This document shows positions 1 to 15,269 of a stretch of DNA of 64,000 nucleotides, in pieces. The first letter of the stretch is position 1; every line of letters starts with the position of its first letter. This DNA comes from Escherichia coli (GTDB lineage: Bacteria > Pseudomonadota > Gammaproteobacteria > Enterobacterales > Enterobacteriaceae): NCBI RefSeq assembly GCF_003334315.1, contig NZ_QOWR01000016.1; one strand, 5' to 3'. A program made the position numbers and the translations under genes. The notes under the pieces were generated by a model. The model made no database searches and was not told the origin of the DNA. It saw only the letters and a list, made by a program, of their open reading frames with translations.

Positions 1-38
1 AGCTTGTTTGTGATTTCAACAGTTTGCTTGACGGTCAT
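1..38 (-). CDS. npr: NPr phosphocarrier protein (PtsO), 5' end only (first ~12 codons; rest lies outside window)
   Basis: Reverse complement of window start reads ATG ACC GTC AAG CAA ACT GTT GAA ATC ACA AAC AAG CT = [13 protein letters not shown], the NPr N-terminus; start overlaps rapZ stop as expected for the rpoN operon. Confidence 0.7.
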
Positions 39-889
39 GGTTTACGTTTTTCCAGCGTACGATGGCGTGACTGGACGTTTTTACCGCGCGAGCGGAAGTA
101 GTCTGCCAGTTGCTCTGCAATATACACCGAACGGTGCTTCCCGCCGGTACAACCAATGGCGACCGTCAAGTAGCTACGGTTGTTGGTTTCCAGCATAGGT
201 AACCATAGCTCAAGATAGCTTCGCGTCTGGTAGATAAAATTGTGTACTTCTGTGTGGCGGTCGAGGAACGCGGCGACAGGTTTATCAAGACCTGTCATTG
301 GACGCAGTTTCGGATCCCAGTGCGGGTTCGGCAAGAAGCGCACGTCAAAGACGTAATCTGCATCGATAGGGATACCGTGTTTGAAGCCGAAAGACTCAAA
401 GACCATGGTCAGTTCGCGTTCACGTTTACCCAGCAGACGGGTACGCAGCATTTCAGCCAGCTCGTGAACGGACATTTCTGAGGTATCGACAATCAGATCC
501 GCTCGCGAACGCAGAGGCTCCAGCAAATCGCTTTCTTTGTCGATAGCACTTTCCAGCGACAGGTTTTTGCTGGAAAGCGGATGCAGTCGGCGCGTGTCAC
601 TGTAACGACGAATTAAGGTATTACGGTCGGCATCCAGGAACAGGAGTTGCGGTGAGAAAGCGTCAGGCAGGTTACTCATCGCCTGTTCGAATATTTCTGG
701 TGACTCCGGCATATTACGAACATCAATGCTGACGGCGGCAGAAATCTCGCGATCGGCCAGGGTTCGAGCCAGATCGGGTAACAACACTACGGGAAGGTTA
801 TCCACGCAGTAAAAACCCATATCTTCCAGCGCACGCAGGGCGACAGATTTACCTGAACCTGAACGTCCGCTGACGATCATCAGTACCAT
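35..889 (-). CDS. rapZ: RNase adaptor protein RapZ (YhbJ), P-loop NTPase
   Basis: 284-aa [18 protein letters not shown]alker A; recognised as E. coli RapZ; synteny with ptsN/hpf/rpoN. Confidence 0.95.
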
Positions 890-934
890 GTACTGTTTCT
901 CCTCACAACGTCTAAAAGAGACATTACCGAATAA

Positions 935-1426
935 CTACGCTTCATCCGGAGTACCTTCGGTATCCGTAATGATTTGATACAGCTCTTCATCGCTCTGGGC
1001 TGCGCGTAAACGGCGGCAGATGGTTTTGTCCGCCAGACGTTTCGCCACCAGCGACAGAGTATGCAGGTGCGTTTTAGTTTGGTCTGCCGGCACCAGCAGG
1101 GCAAAAAGTAAGTCCACCGGTTGGTTGTCGATGGCATCGAAAGCTATAGGCGTTTCGAGCTGAACGAAAACGCCAACGGCGCGCAGAGTATCTTCTTCCA
1201 GTTTGCCATGCGGAATGGCAATACCATTGCCGATACCGGTACTGCCCATTTTTTCCCGCGTCAGGATAGCTTCAAAAACCACCTGAGGCGGCAGGCTAAG
1301 TTGTTTCGCCGCCAGCTCGCTGATGATTTCCAGGGCGCGTTTTTTGCTCTGACAGTGGACGCGGCTTCGCGTACATTCCCTGTTAAGAACACTGCTAAGC
1401 TGTAGAGTTGTATCATTATTTGTCAT
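935..1426 (-). CDS. ptsN: PTS EIIA-Ntr nitrogen regulatory protein
   Basis: Track ORF 935..1450 trimmed to internal Met giving 163 aa starting MTNNDTTLQLSSVL; matches E. coli PtsN. Confidence 0.95.
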   Translation of the reverse strand: MTNNDTTLQLSSVLNRECTRSRVHCQSKKRALEIISELAAKQLSLPPQVVFEAILTREKMGSTGIGNGIAIPHGKLEEDTLRAVGVFVQLETPIAFDAIDNQPVDLLFALLVPADQTKTHLHTLSLVAKRLADKTICRRLRAAQSDEELYQIITDTEGTPDEA

Positions 1427-1543
1427 AATTTCACCTAAGAACCTGCCCACTCAAACAGTGGAACAGGCTCGGAGCATTAACCGTACAAATGGCCCGTTGT
1501 GCCGCACAACAGGCCGCCATGCACATGCTAATTGCCCGGACAA

Positions 1544-1831
1544 TTAGTGTTGTTTCAGTTTATCTTTATGTTTGGTCAACTGGCGTGCCAGCTTATCAAT
1601 TAAGCCATCAATGGCAGCGTACATGTCCTGACCTTCCGCGCTGGCATGAATTTCACCACCGTTTACATGCAGTGTTGCATCTGAGGTGTGGGTGACTTTC
1701 TCCACTTTCAGAACAACATAGACCTGGTTGATTCGGTCAAAATATTGCTCAAGTTTGGCAAATTTGGCTGTAACAAATTCGCGCAGTGCCTCGGTGATCT
1801 CGACGTTATTTCCGGTAATGTTGAGCTGCAT
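1544..1831 (-). CDS. hpf: Ribosome hibernation promoting factor
   Basis: Track ORF trimmed to Met giving 95 aa MQLNITGNNVEITEALREFV; matches E. coli Hpf (YhbH). Confidence 0.95.
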   Translation of the reverse strand: MQLNITGNNVEITEALREFVTAKFAKLEQYFDRINQVYVVLKVEKVTHTSDATLHVNGGEIHASAEGQDMYAAIDGLIDKLARQLTKHKDKLKQH

Positions 1832-1853
1832 AGTGTCTTCCTTATCGGTTGGG

Positions 1854-3287
1854 TCAAACGAGTTGTTTACGCTGGTTTGACGGCGGAATGGATAAAGACT
1901 CTCGGTACTTCGCAACAGTGCGGCGTGCCACCATGATACCTTGTTCCGACAGCAAAGAGGTTAACTTGCTGTCGCTCAACGGTTTCGCTGGGTTTTCCGC
2001 CGCGATTAATTTCTTCACCAGCGCACGAATCGCCGTGGAGGAAGCTTCGCCGCCGCCCTCGGTATTGACGTGACTGGAAAAGAAATACTTCAGTTCAAAA
2101 ATGCCTCGTGGACTATGCAGGTATTTTTGCGTGGTCACGCGAGATATCGTCGATTCATGCATTTCGACAGCCTGGGCGATATCGGCCAGTACCATCGGTT
2201 TCATATATTCTTCACCTTGCTCAAAGAAGGCTTGCTGCTGTTCAACGATACAGCGACTCACGCGCAGTAGCGTATCGTTACGGCTTTCCAGACTCTTGAT
2301 CAACCATTTGGCATCCTGCAGATTGCTGCGGATAAACTGGCTGTCACCATCGTTGCGCGCGTTATTGCACATCGAGGCGTAGTGCTGGTTGATTTGCAGA
2401 CGCGGAATGCTGTCACTGTTGAGTTCTACCGTCCAGTGACCGTTATGCTTACGCACCAGCACATCTGGAATGACATACTCAGGTTCGCCAGTCTGGATCG
2501 ACTGCCCGGGGCGCGGATCGAGCGACTGGATCAGATTGACGGCTTCTTTCAGCACATCTTCTTTCAGACGCGTGACGCGCATTAAAGTGCGGAAGTCGTG
2601 ATTGGCTAACAGATCGAGATGATCGCTAATGATCAGTCTGGCCTCTTCCAGCCACGGCGTGGTCTTATCGAATTGGGAGAGTTGGATCAGCAGACAGTCA
2701 CGCAGATCTTTTGCCGCCACACCGACCGGATCAAACCGTTGGATCCGCTTAAGGACGGCTTCAACTTCGTCGATGTCGATCTCTTCATCGCCTATACTTT
2801 CGAGAATATCTTCCAGCGGGACAGTCAGATAACCGGTTTCATCAACGGCATCGACGATAGAGGTAGCAATAGCGCGGTCAGTGTCGGAAAACGGTGTCAG
2901 CTCAACCTGCCACATCAGGTAATCCTGCAAGGTCTGCGTCGTTTCGCCCTGGTAGACCGGCAGCTCGTCGTCAATGTAGTCACCGCTGGTGCCGGATGGT
3001 GTACCAGCGGTGTAAATGGTGTCCCAACTGGCATCGAGCGGCAGCTCTTCCGGCATCTCTTTTTGTTCGAGCGCGTCGGCGGTGTCCAGCGTTTCACTGT
3101 CTTGCGTTTCGCGGGTGTCGATTTCTTCATGAGTGTCGATTTGCTCAAGCAGCGGATTACTCTCCAGCGCCTGCTGTAGCTCCTGCTGAAGTTCCAGCGT
3201 CGACAACTGCAACAGACGAATTGCCTGTTGGAGCTGTGGCGTCATCGCCAGTTGTTGGCTAAGCCTGAGTTGCAAACCTTGCTTCAT
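1854..3287 (-). CDS. rpoN: RNA polymerase sigma-54 factor
   Basis: 477-aa ORF with Gln-rich N-terminus and C-terminal RpoN box region ([10 protein letters not shown]); matches E. coli RpoN. Confidence 0.97.
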   Translation of the reverse strand: MKQGLQLRLSQQLAMTPQLQQAIRLLQLSTLELQQELQQALESNPLLEQIDTHEEIDTRETQDSETLDTADALEQKEMPEELPLDASWDTIYTAGTPSGTSGDYIDDELPVYQGETTQTLQDYLMWQVELTPFSDTDRAIATSIVDAVDETGYLTVPLEDILESIGDEEIDIDEVEAVLKRIQRFDPVGVAAKDLRDCLLIQLSQFDKTTPWLEEARLIISDHLDLLANHDFRTLMRVTRLKEDVLKEAVNLIQSLDPRPGQSIQTGEPEYVIPDVLVRKHNGHWTVELNSDSIPRLQINQHYASMCNNARNDGDSQFIRSNLQDAKWLIKSLESRNDTLLRVSRCIVEQQQAFFEQGEEYMKPMVLADIAQAVEMHESTISRVTTQKYLHSPRGIFELKYFFSSHVNTEGGGEASSTAIRALVKKLIAAENPAKPLSDSKLTSLLSEQGIMVARRTVAKYRESLSIPPSNQRKQLV

Positions 3288-3334
3288 GTTCAGAATCGTA
3301 CTCTCCTGCTAAAACGTCGCAAACTTCTACCCTA

Positions 3335-4060
3335 TCAGAGTCTGAAGTCTTCCCCAAGGTATACACGCTTAACGTGTTCGTCTTGTAAGATTTCTGTAGG
3401 CGTGCCGTGGGCGATCAAATGCCCCTGACTGACGATATAAGCGCGTTCACAAACCGCCAGTGTTTCACGCACGTTGTGGTCAGTGATCAGCACGCCCAGG
3501 CCGCTGTCGCGCAGGTGCTCAATGATGCGTTTAATGTCGATAACCGAGATCGGGTCAACCCCGGCAAACGGTTCGTCGAGCAGAATAAATTTCGGATTCG
3601 CAGCCAGTGCGCGGGCAATTTCTACACGGCGACGTTCACCCCCGGAGAGTGACTGCCCCATGCTGTCACGCAGGTGCTCAATGTGAAACTCTTCCATCAG
3701 CTCGTTCGCGCGGTCTTCACGTTGTTCAGCAGACAAGTCGTCACGAATTTGCAGTACCGCCATCAGGTTATCGTAAACGCTGAGGCGACGGAAAATGGAG
3801 GCTTCCTGTGGCAGATAGCCGATACCGCGGCGCGCGCGTGCATGCAGAGGCAGCAGACTGATATCGTCATCATCAATAATGATGTTGCCCGCATCGCGCG
3901 GCACAATGCCTACAACCATGTAGAAAGTGGTGGTCTTACCGGCACCGTTTGGCCCCAGCAGACCGACAATTTCCCCGGAGTTGACGGTCAGGCTGACGTC
4001 TTCTACCACGCGACGGCCTTTATAGGCTTTTGCAAGGTTCTTTGCAGTTAATGTTGCCAT
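3335..4060 (-). CDS. lptB: LPS export ABC transporter ATP-binding protein
   Basis: 241-aa ORF with Walker [10 protein letters not shown] and ABC signature LSGGERRR; matches LptB. Confidence 0.97.
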
Positions 4061-4066
4061 AACGAA

Positions 4067-4624
4067 TTAATTACCCTTCTTCTGTGCCGGGGTCTGGCCT
4101 TTGTTGTTTTTGTCCTGCAGCTGCGACGGCACCAGAACGGTTGTTACGCGCTTGCCTTTGTCGCTGAAAGCCTGCATTTTCTGCTCTTTCACCAGGTAAG
4201 TGATCTTATCGCCCTTAATGTTGCTATCGACCTGCTGCAGATAAGCATTACCCGTCAGAACGACAAAATCTTTTGCCAGTTCGTAGTGCATCTGGGAAGC
4301 GTGACCTTCAACGGGTTTACCGTTGTCCTGCATCTGGTAGAACGTTGCCGGTTTACCGTAGCCGTCAATCACTTCTTTACCTTGTTCGCCGCCCGGACGG
4401 GTAACGACCACTTTGTCGGCATTAATTTTGATGGTGCCCTGGGTGACGATGACATTACCGGTAAAGGTAACCACGTTGCCTTGCATATCAAGAGATTGCT
4501 GGTCCGATTCAATGTGGATCGGCTGATCAGTGTCTCCGGTTATGGCAAATGCCGGAATGCTGGCGGCCAGAAGTGAGCTGGCAAGCACAAGATTAAGGCT
4601 GAGTTTGTTTGTTTTGAATTTCAT
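4067..4624 (-). CDS. lptA: LPS transport periplasmic protein LptA
   Basis: Track ORF 4067..4645 trimmed to Met giving 185 aa MKFKTNKLSLNLVLASSLLAASIPAFA (signal peptide); matches LptA. Confidence 0.93.
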   Translation of the reverse strand: MKFKTNKLSLNLVLASSLLAASIPAFAITGDTDQPIHIESDQQSLDMQGNVVTFTGNVIVTQGTIKINADKVVVTRPGGEQGKEVIDGYGKPATFYQMQDNGKPVEGHASQMHYELAKDFVVLTGNAYLQQVDSNIKGDKITYLVKEQKMQAFSDKGKRVTTVLVPSQLQDKNNKGQTPAQKKGN

Positions 4625-5168
4625 AGGATGTTCTAACCTTTTCAATCAGCTCGGCGTTCTTGCTGCGTAAGTTGCCGCGCATTTTCAGACCGCTGGAGTT
4701 AAATGTTGTTCCGTATAACGTGACGAGGTCTTCAGAGGTAACATCCTGCGTCACCAGATTGATCTGCGCGTTATCCGTCGTGATTCTGCGAAGTTGAGAG
4801 TCTGGCACAAGTGCGTTGACTTCAACGTGTCCATATAAATAGAGCATCCGGTCATTGGTCAGCTTGGCTTTATCTGCTTTTACGGACCATGTCGGGATTT
4901 TATCCTTATCAAACGTGGTAAGTACCGGCTGCGTAAACCACGAAACGGCCTGATCGGAATAATATTCAACGTGTTGAGCAATCAATCGATAGCTTAGTGC
5001 CCCTTCTGGGTTATAGACGAGCGTGTCCGTATGCTCGCTTTTATAGGTGGGATCATTGTTGTTGACGACCACCTGGGCGGTATCGTCTTTTTCGGCCATA
5101 TTAATGCCGATCATCACCAGAACCGCCAGTGATAGCACAATGATAACCCAACGTCTGGCTTTACTCAT
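4593..5168 (-). CDS. lptC: LPS export system protein LptC
   Basis: 191-aa ORF with N-terminal membrane anchor MSKARRWVIIVLSLAVLVMIG; matches LptC; 3' end overlaps lptA start. Confidence 0.93.
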   Translation of the reverse strand: MSKARRWVIIVLSLAVLVMIGINMAEKDDTAQVVVNNNDPTYKSEHTDTLVYNPEGALSYRLIAQHVEYYSDQAVSWFTQPVLTTFDKDKIPTWSVKADKAKLTNDRMLYLYGHVEVNALVPDSQLRRITTDNAQINLVTQDVTSEDLVTLYGTTFNSSGLKMRGNLRSKNAELIEKVRTSYEIQNKQTQP

Positions 5169-5731
5169 ATCGATTGCCCTTTGGCTTCATCCAGTTTGCC
5201 CTGCGCCAGGAGTAATAAGTCGCAAACTTCGCGCACTGCGCCACGACCGCCAGCAATGCGCGTCACGTAATCGGCGCGCGGGATCAACAGTGGATGCGCA
5301 TCGGCCACGGCGACGCTTAAACCCACTTTTTCCATTACCGGCCAGTCGATGAGATCATCGCCGACATAAGCCACATTTTCCGGGGCAATCGCCAGTTTTT
5401 CCAGCAGATCGCTAAAGGCGATCAGTTTGTTTGACTGCCCCTGATACAAGTGAGTGATCCCCAATGTGGCACAACGATCTTCTACCAGTTTAGCCTTTCG
5501 CCCGGTAATGATAGCGACTTCAATATCAGAGGTGAGCGCACAACGAATGCCATAACCGTCACGAACATTGAACGCTTTCAGCTCTTCGCCATTATTGCCC
5601 ATATAAATCAGGCCATCTGACAGTACGCCATCGACATCGAGGATCAGCAGACGAATGTTCTCTGCTTTTGCTATAACGTCGGCGCTGACAGGGCCGTAAC
5701 AGGTCGCAAGCGACGCACCTGCTTTGCTCAT
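5165..5731 (-). CDS. kdsC: KDO 8-phosphate phosphatase (HAD family)
   Basis: 188-aa ORF with HAD motif ILDVDGVLSDG; matches KdsC. Confidence 0.95.
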   Translation of the reverse strand: MSKAGASLATCYGPVSADVIAKAENIRLLILDVDGVLSDGLIYMGNNGEELKAFNVRDGYGIRCALTSDIEVAIITGRKAKLVEDRCATLGITHLYQGQSNKLIAFSDLLEKLAIAPENVAYVGDDLIDWPVMEKVGLSVAVADAHPLLIPRADYVTRIAGGRGAVREVCDLLLLAQGKLDEAKGQSI

Positions 5732-5751
5732 TGTTGTTTATCCTTGAATCT

Positions 5752-6738
5752 TTACACTACGCCTGCACGCAGTAAATCATGCATATGTAACACACCGAGT
5801 AAATGGTCGCCATCGGCAACCATCACGGAGGTGATATGGCGGGACTGCATTAAGTTCAGTGCCTCAACGGCCAGAATGCCAGGGCGCACACGTATTCCCC
5901 CCGGCGTCATCACATCGGCAATACTTAACTGACGAACATCCACGCCCATATCGAAGACACGGCGTAAATCACCGTCGGTAAAGATGCCTTCAATCATCAT
6001 ATTGTCATCGCAAATGACAGTCATACCAAGATTTTTGCGGGTAACTTCCAGCAACGCGTCACGCAGACTGGCCGTTTTCTTAACATGCGGGATCTCATCG
6101 CCCGTATGCATAATATCGTTTACGCGCAGCAGAAGTTTACGACCCAGTGCGCCGCCTGGGTGTGAGAGCGCAAAATCTTCAGCAGTAAAGCCGCGTGCTT
6201 TTAACAGCGCGACAGCGAGGGCATCGCCCATAACCAGCGTGGCGGTGGTGCTGCTGGTCGGTGCCAGCCCTAACGGACAGGCTTCTTTCGCTACTTTAAC
6301 ACACAGATGCACATCTGCGGCGCGCGCCATGCTGCTCTCCGGGCGACCGGTGATGCAGATTAACGGTACGTGAAGACGCTTAAGCACTGGAATTAAGGCC
6401 GTGATTTCGCTGGATTCACCAGAGTTAGAGATAGCAATCACCACATCCTGTGGGGTAACCATGCCTAAATCACCATGCGCGGCTTCACCAGGATGGACGA
6501 AAAATGAAGGTGTACCGGTGCTGGCAAACGTTGCCGCCATTTTTCGCCCAATATGCCCCGATTTTCCCATCCCCATGACGACAACTTTCCCTTTACACCA
6601 GAACATCTTTTCACAGGCAAGCGTGAAATTCTGATTGATGTATTGATCAAGCTCCGCCAGGCATTCACGTTCAATCGCCAGGACTTCTTTACCTGCTTGC
6701 TGAAAGTCAAAACCCGGTTGTAACTCTACGTGCGACAT
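5752..6738 (-). CDS. kdsD: D-arabinose 5-phosphate isomerase (SIS + CBS domains)
   Basis: Track ORF trimmed to Met giving 328 aa MSHVELQPGFDFQQAGKEVLAIERECLAEL; matches KdsD. Confidence 0.95.
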   Translation of the reverse strand: MSHVELQPGFDFQQAGKEVLAIERECLAELDQYINQNFTLACEKMFWCKGKVVVMGMGKSGHIGRKMAATFASTGTPSFFVHPGEAAHGDLGMVTPQDVVIAISNSGESSEITALIPVLKRLHVPLICITGRPESSMARAADVHLCVKVAKEACPLGLAPTSSTTATLVMGDALAVALLKARGFTAEDFALSHPGGALGRKLLLRVNDIMHTGDEIPHVKKTASLRDALLEVTRKNLGMTVICDDNMMIEGIFTDGDLRRVFDMGVDVRQLSIADVMTPGGIRVRPGILAVEALNLMQSRHITSVMVADGDHLLGVLHMHDLLRAGVV

Positions 6739-6751
6739 AATGCGTTTCCAG

Positions 6752-7729
6752 TTATTCAACGAGTATTGGCGATAACCAGTACAACATCGCCAGCCATACG
6801 ATAAATCCGCCAGTTAATAATACCCCTACACCACGGCCCGGTTGCGGGGAGCGCCGCCAGCACAGCAACGCAAAAATAATGCTCACCAGCAACATCACGC
6901 TGTAGTCACGACTGTACGCCAGTGGATCAATCTCTCCTGGCGTTATCAGCGCGGGTAAACCCAACACGATGACAATATTAAAAATGTTTGCGCCAATGAT
7001 ATTTCCGACAGCAATGTCGTTTTCACCTTTGCGAACCCCCGCTATTGCGGTTGCCAGTTCCGGCAGGCTGGTTCCGATAGCAATTGCCGTCAGACCCATC
7101 GTCAACTCGCTGATGGCAAAGTAATTCGCCAGCACCGTGGCGTTATCAACCACCATCCGCGTGGCCACTGGCATGATGATAAGCGCAATGCCGAGCCATA
7201 AAAACGTGACGGGCAATCCGCCGTCACGCGGCAGCTCTGCAAGCTGCTCTCTGGTCAGGCTGTCAGTCCCCTGACGTTCAGCCTGACGTGCAAGTTTAAC
7301 AATGAACAGCAGCCATAGCACAGCCAGAAAGAGGAGAAAGATACCATCGCTGCGACTAAGTTGTCCGTCATAGAGTACGGAACCGGCCACCACGCTGACC
7401 AACAACATTAAGGGTAATTCACGGCGTAGAACATCAGAATGGACGGTAAAAGGACGAACCAGCGCAGCCAGACCGAGGATCAGCAATATATTGATAATGT
7501 TTGAGCCGAGGGCTGTACCAACGGCTAAATCGCGTTGTTCGTGCAGAGACGCGGCAAGCGAGACGATGACTTCTGGTAACGATGTACCAATACTGACCAC
7601 CGTCATGCCGATGATCAGCGGCGGGATGCCAAAGGTTCGGCAAAGAATAGACGCGGCAAAAACCAGGCGGTCGGCACTGTAAACGACCAAAAGTAAACCA
7701 ACAATTAACAGTGCCGTAGCTAAAAGCAT
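6752..7729 (-). CDS. yrbG: Ca2+/Na+ antiporter family inner membrane protein
   Basis: 325-aa polytopic membrane ORF, duplicated GTSLPE motifs typical of CaCA family; matches YrbG. Confidence 0.9.
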   Translation of the reverse strand: MLLATALLIVGLLLVVYSADRLVFAASILCRTFGIPPLIIGMTVVSIGTSLPEVIVSLAASLHEQRDLAVGTALGSNIINILLILGLAALVRPFTVHSDVLRRELPLMLLVSVVAGSVLYDGQLSRSDGIFLLFLAVLWLLFIVKLARQAERQGTDSLTREQLAELPRDGGLPVTFLWLGIALIIMPVATRMVVDNATVLANYFAISELTMGLTAIAIGTSLPELATAIAGVRKGENDIAVGNIIGANIFNIVIVLGLPALITPGEIDPLAYSRDYSVMLLVSIIFALLCWRRSPQPGRGVGVLLTGGFIVWLAMLYWLSPILVE

Positions 7730-7938
7730 CTAACGTCCTTTCTTCAGGTATACTCGCCGGTCCGCTGAAGATTTTCAGAAAGCCGTAACGGATGCTTAAT
7801 TTTGACTTTATGCGGCTAAAAAGTAAAACAAATGCCAGCTTTCGCTAACCACGGCGGGTAATATTCTGTAAATATGTTGGGTTCAAGGTTAAATTGAGCG
7901 CCATGCTTAGAAAATCAACGCAAGACGAAGGGTGAATT

Positions 7939-9538
<1,600 letters not shown>

Positions 9539-9542
9539 GTTC

Positions 9543-10094
9543 ATGCAAACGAAAAAAAATGAAATTTGGGTGGGTATCTTTTTATTAGCAGCACTGCTGG
9601 CGGCGCTGTTTGTTTGCCTGAAGGCGGCGAACGTGACGTCCATACGTACTGAACCGACCTACACGCTTTATGCGACGTTCGATAACATTGGCGGCCTGAA
9701 AGCGCGCTCTCCGGTCAGTATTGGTGGCGTTGTTGTGGGTCGGGTGGCGGATATTACGCTGGACCCGAAAACCTATCTGCCGCGCGTAACGCTGGAAATT
9801 GAACAACGTTATAACCACATTCCAGATACCAGTTCGCTGAGCATTCGTACTTCCGGCCTGCTGGGGGAACAATATCTGGCATTAAACGTCGGTTTTGAAG
9901 ACCCGGAACTGGGGACTGCTATCCTGAAGGATGGCGATACAATTCAGGACACTAAGTCTGCGATGGTGCTGGAAGATCTCATTGGTCAGTTCCTTTACGG
10001 TAGTAAAGGCGATGACAATAAGAATAGTGGCGATGCGCCAGCTGCTGCGCCAGGTAATAATGAAACCACTGAACCTGTGGGTACAACGAAATAA
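9543..10094 (+). CDS. mlaD: MCE-domain phospholipid-binding protein MlaD
   Basis: Track ORF trimmed to MQTKKNEIWVGIFLLAALLAALFV giving 183 aa; matches MlaD. Confidence 0.93.
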   Translation: MQTKKNEIWVGIFLLAALLAALFVCLKAANVTSIRTEPTYTLYATFDNIGGLKARSPVSIGGVVVGRVADITLDPKTYLPRVTLEIEQRYNHIPDTSSLSIRTSGLLGEQYLALNVGFEDPELGTAILKDGDTIQDTKSAMVLEDLIGQFLYGSKGDDNKNSGDAPAAAPGNNETTEPVGTTK

Positions 10095-10747
<653 letters not shown>

Positions 10748-10748
<1 letters not shown>

Positions 10749-11041
10749 TGAGCGAGTCACTGAGCTGGATGCAGACGGGTGACACGCTGGCGTTATCCGG
10801 AGAGCTGGATCAGGACGTTTTGCTACCGCTTTGGGAAATGCGTGAGGAAGCGGTGAAGGGGATTACCTGCATCGATCTTAGCCGTGTCTCCCGCGTGGAT
10901 ACGGGGGGACTGGCACTGCTGCTCCATCTTATCGATCTGGCGAAAAAGCAGGGCAACAATGTGACGCTTCAGGGGGTAAACGACAAAGTGTATACCCTGG
11001 CGAAATTGTATAATTTGCCTGCTGATGTTCTGCCTCGTTAA
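10748..11041 (+). CDS. mlaB: STAS-domain protein MlaB
   Basis: 97-aa product MSESLSWMQTGDTLALSGELD; start overlaps mlaC stop (TAATG); track ORF 10652 is an out-of-context upstream extension. Confidence 0.9.
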
Positions 11042-11200
11042 ATTTTTTCAGGCCGGATATGGCGTTAACCGCCTGTCCGGCAAACCTGCCTGCAAGTCGA
11101 GCCTTGTCTGATTTATCAGCGAGGCTTTTTGCTTATTTATGCCAGCGCAACTTTGCTCTAAGATGTTTCGCTGGTTTATTAACTGATGATTGAAGATCCC

Positions 11201-11455
11201 ATGGAAAATAATGAAATTCAGAGCGTGTTGATGAACGCTCTCTCCCTCCAGGAAGTCCACGTTTCCGGCGATGGCAGCCACTTTCAGGTTATTGCCGTGG
11301 GTGAGTTGTTTGACGGCATGAGTCGGGTTAAAAAACAGCAGACGGTCTATGGTCCGCTGATGGAATATATTGCGGATAACCGCATTCATGCTGTGTCGAT
11401 CAAAGCGTATACCCCTGCGGAGTGGGCGCGCGATCGCAAACTGAACGGCTTTTGA
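11201..11455 (+). CDS. ibaG: BolA-family acid stress protein IbaG (YrbA)
   Basis: 84-aa product [28 protein letters not shown]; matches IbaG. Confidence 0.9.
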
Positions 11456-11509
11456 GCTATGGGCGATTCGCCGGTAGCGGATATGAATTGTTAACTGAGA
11501 ACAAACTAA

Positions 11510-12769
<1,260 letters not shown>

Positions 12770-12816
12770 TCGTCTGAAAGCTGGCAGCCCCGTACGCGGG
12801 GCTACCGCCAGACCAC

Positions 12817-13095
12817 TCATTTTTTCGGTTTAGTGTAGCTACGCATCAACTGCGTTCTGTCGATAAACTCATGGGTCTGCGGATCATGGTAGCGTGATGG
12901 CCAGATAACCCAGGGGTCAGTTCCCAGGGCCTTCGCAATAATCATCTCTCCTTTCGGCCATGGGCGCGATAATGCATTCGCCAGCGTTGAGGAACTCAAA
13001 CCATTTCTGCGAGATTCCGCCGCCATTGACGTTCCCTTCTTGCGCAAACCCGCAATGATGTCAGCGGGATGCCAGTCAATGAAATTACTTTCCAT
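12817..13095 (-). CDS. sfsB: Ner-like DNA-binding regulator SfsB (Nlp)
   Basis: 92-aa ORF MESNFIDWHPADIIAGLRKKGTSMAAESRRNGLSSSTL; matches SfsB/Nlp. Confidence 0.9.
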   Translation of the reverse strand: MESNFIDWHPADIIAGLRKKGTSMAAESRRNGLSSSTLANALSRPWPKGEMIIAKALGTDPWVIWPSRYHDPQTHEFIDRTQLMRSYTKPKK

Positions 13096-13323
13096 CTTTC
13101 CTCACTCCTTAAGTTAGTCGCTTTCATTCAGAACACTTCTTCTGTCGAGCATCACTATACTCCTGATGGCCGATTGCTCTAAAAAGTTCCTGTAAAGAGT
13201 GTGAATATTCAGAATATATAAAGATGTATACACTGGTTTTTCAGTGCATTATTACGCTGAATAAGTATTCTTATGGAGTTTACTGGAATCATCCCGCGCA
13301 CTGCGCGGGATGAGGGGAGGGGA

Positions 13324-14295
13324 TTAACGATCGCGTTGAACAGCGATGTGCGCGAGGCCGATGAGTGCTTCTCGCCAAGGGGTGTCCGGGAGCACCTGTA
13401 ACGCTGCGATGGCTTTGTCTGCTTCTTCCTCGGCGCGCTGACGCGTCCATTCAAGAGATCCACAAGCGTTCATTGCTTCCAGAACCGGTTCCAGAAGATG
13501 GCGACCGTTACCCTGTTCGATGGCGGTACGGATCATCTGTGCCTGTTCTGGTGTGCCATGATGCATCGCATGCAGCAGCGGCAGCGTCGGTTTACCTTCG
13601 TTCAGATCGTCGCCGACGTTTTTACCTAACTGTTCGCCATCGGCATTGTAATCGAGTAAATCGTCGATCAACTGGAAAGCAGTGCCGAGATAGCGCCCAT
13701 AATCCTGCAGGCCTTTCTCCTCCTCCGGCGTACAGCCAGCCAGAATTCCGGAACACTGCGCGGCAGCCTCAAACAGACGCGCGGTTTTGCTATAGATAAC
13801 GCGCATGTAGTTTTCTTCAGTGATGTCCGGATCGTTAACATTCATCAGTTGCAGAACTTCACCTTCTGCGATGACGTTTACGGCTTCTGACATGACTTCC
13901 AGCACTTTGAGTGAACCGAGGCTGGTCATCATCTGGAAAGCGCGGGTATAAATAAAATCGCCTACCAGCACGCTGGCGGCATTGCCAAATGCGGCGTTGG
14001 CGGTAGCTTTACCCCTGCGCATATCTGATTCATCCACAACGTCGTCGTGCAGCAGAGTCGCCGTGTGGATAAACTCGATCAGGGCAGCAATGGTGACATG
14101 CGCATTTCCCTCATAGCCAACAGCTCGTGCAGCCAGTACAGCAATCATCGGACGAATACGTTTACCGCCGCCGCTGACGATGTAATAGCCTAACTGATTG
14201 ATCAGTTGGACGTCGGAATTAAGCTGCTCAAGGATTGCCGCATTAACACCCGCCATATCTTGCGCGGTTAACTCATTGATTTTTTCTAAATTCAT
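13324..14295 (-). CDS. ispB: Octaprenyl diphosphate synthase
   Basis: 323-aa ORF with polyprenyl synthase DDxxD motifs (LLHDDVVDESD, LIDDLLDY); matches IspB. Confidence 0.96.
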   Translation of the reverse strand: MNLEKINELTAQDMAGVNAAILEQLNSDVQLINQLGYYIVSGGGKRIRPMIAVLAARAVGYEGNAHVTIAALIEFIHTATLLHDDVVDESDMRRGKATANAAFGNAASVLVGDFIYTRAFQMMTSLGSLKVLEVMSEAVNVIAEGEVLQLMNVNDPDITEENYMRVIYSKTARLFEAAAQCSGILAGCTPEEEKGLQDYGRYLGTAFQLIDDLLDYNADGEQLGKNVGDDLNEGKPTLPLLHAMHHGTPEQAQMIRTAIEQGNGRHLLEPVLEAMNACGSLEWTRQRAEEEADKAIAALQVLPDTPWREALIGLAHIAVQRDR

Positions 14296-14517
14296 CGCAA
14301 AAGCCGGGCTTTTCGCCCCGATTACCTTACTGTGAACAAAGGCAACTTAGGGTTTATGGTTAGGAATATAGGGTGATTGTACTGAAAAAATGGCACAGAT
14401 AAACGTTACCGTACAAGTTGTGTTTTTTTTCTTCGTGTATTGACTGTAGCACTTGTCAAAGGCGTGCGTTTTGCGTAATATTCGCGCCCTATTGTGAATA
14501 TTTATAGCGCACTCTGA

Positions 14518-15143
<626 letters not shown>

Positions 15144-15169
15144 GTTTTTCGCGTCCCGGTAACGGATGA

Positions 15170-15198
15170 AAGCCCCGCAACACGTTGCGGGGCTTTTT
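15170..15198 (+). terminator. Intrinsic terminator after rpmA
   Basis: AAGCCCCGCAACACGTTGCGGGGCTTTTT hairpin plus T-tract. Confidence 0.75.
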
Positions 15199-15269
15199 AC
15201 ATTCGATAACCGGTAAAAATGCGCATGGTGCGACGTTAATCCGCAAATGCGCTTTGCAGGGAATACGGT

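Noticed and set aside
12784-12806. Hairpin GCAGCCCCGTACGCGGGGCTACC between murA and sfsB as an intrinsic terminator
   Set aside because: GC-rich stem is present but there is no clear T-tract on either strand; possibly a Rho-dependent or weak bidirectional terminator, not confident enough to list as a feature.
13289-13317. Hairpin TCATCCCGCGCACTGCGCGGGATGA downstream of ispB
   Set aside because: Good stem but no following U-tract on the ispB strand; could be a stability element, insufficient evidence for a terminator call.
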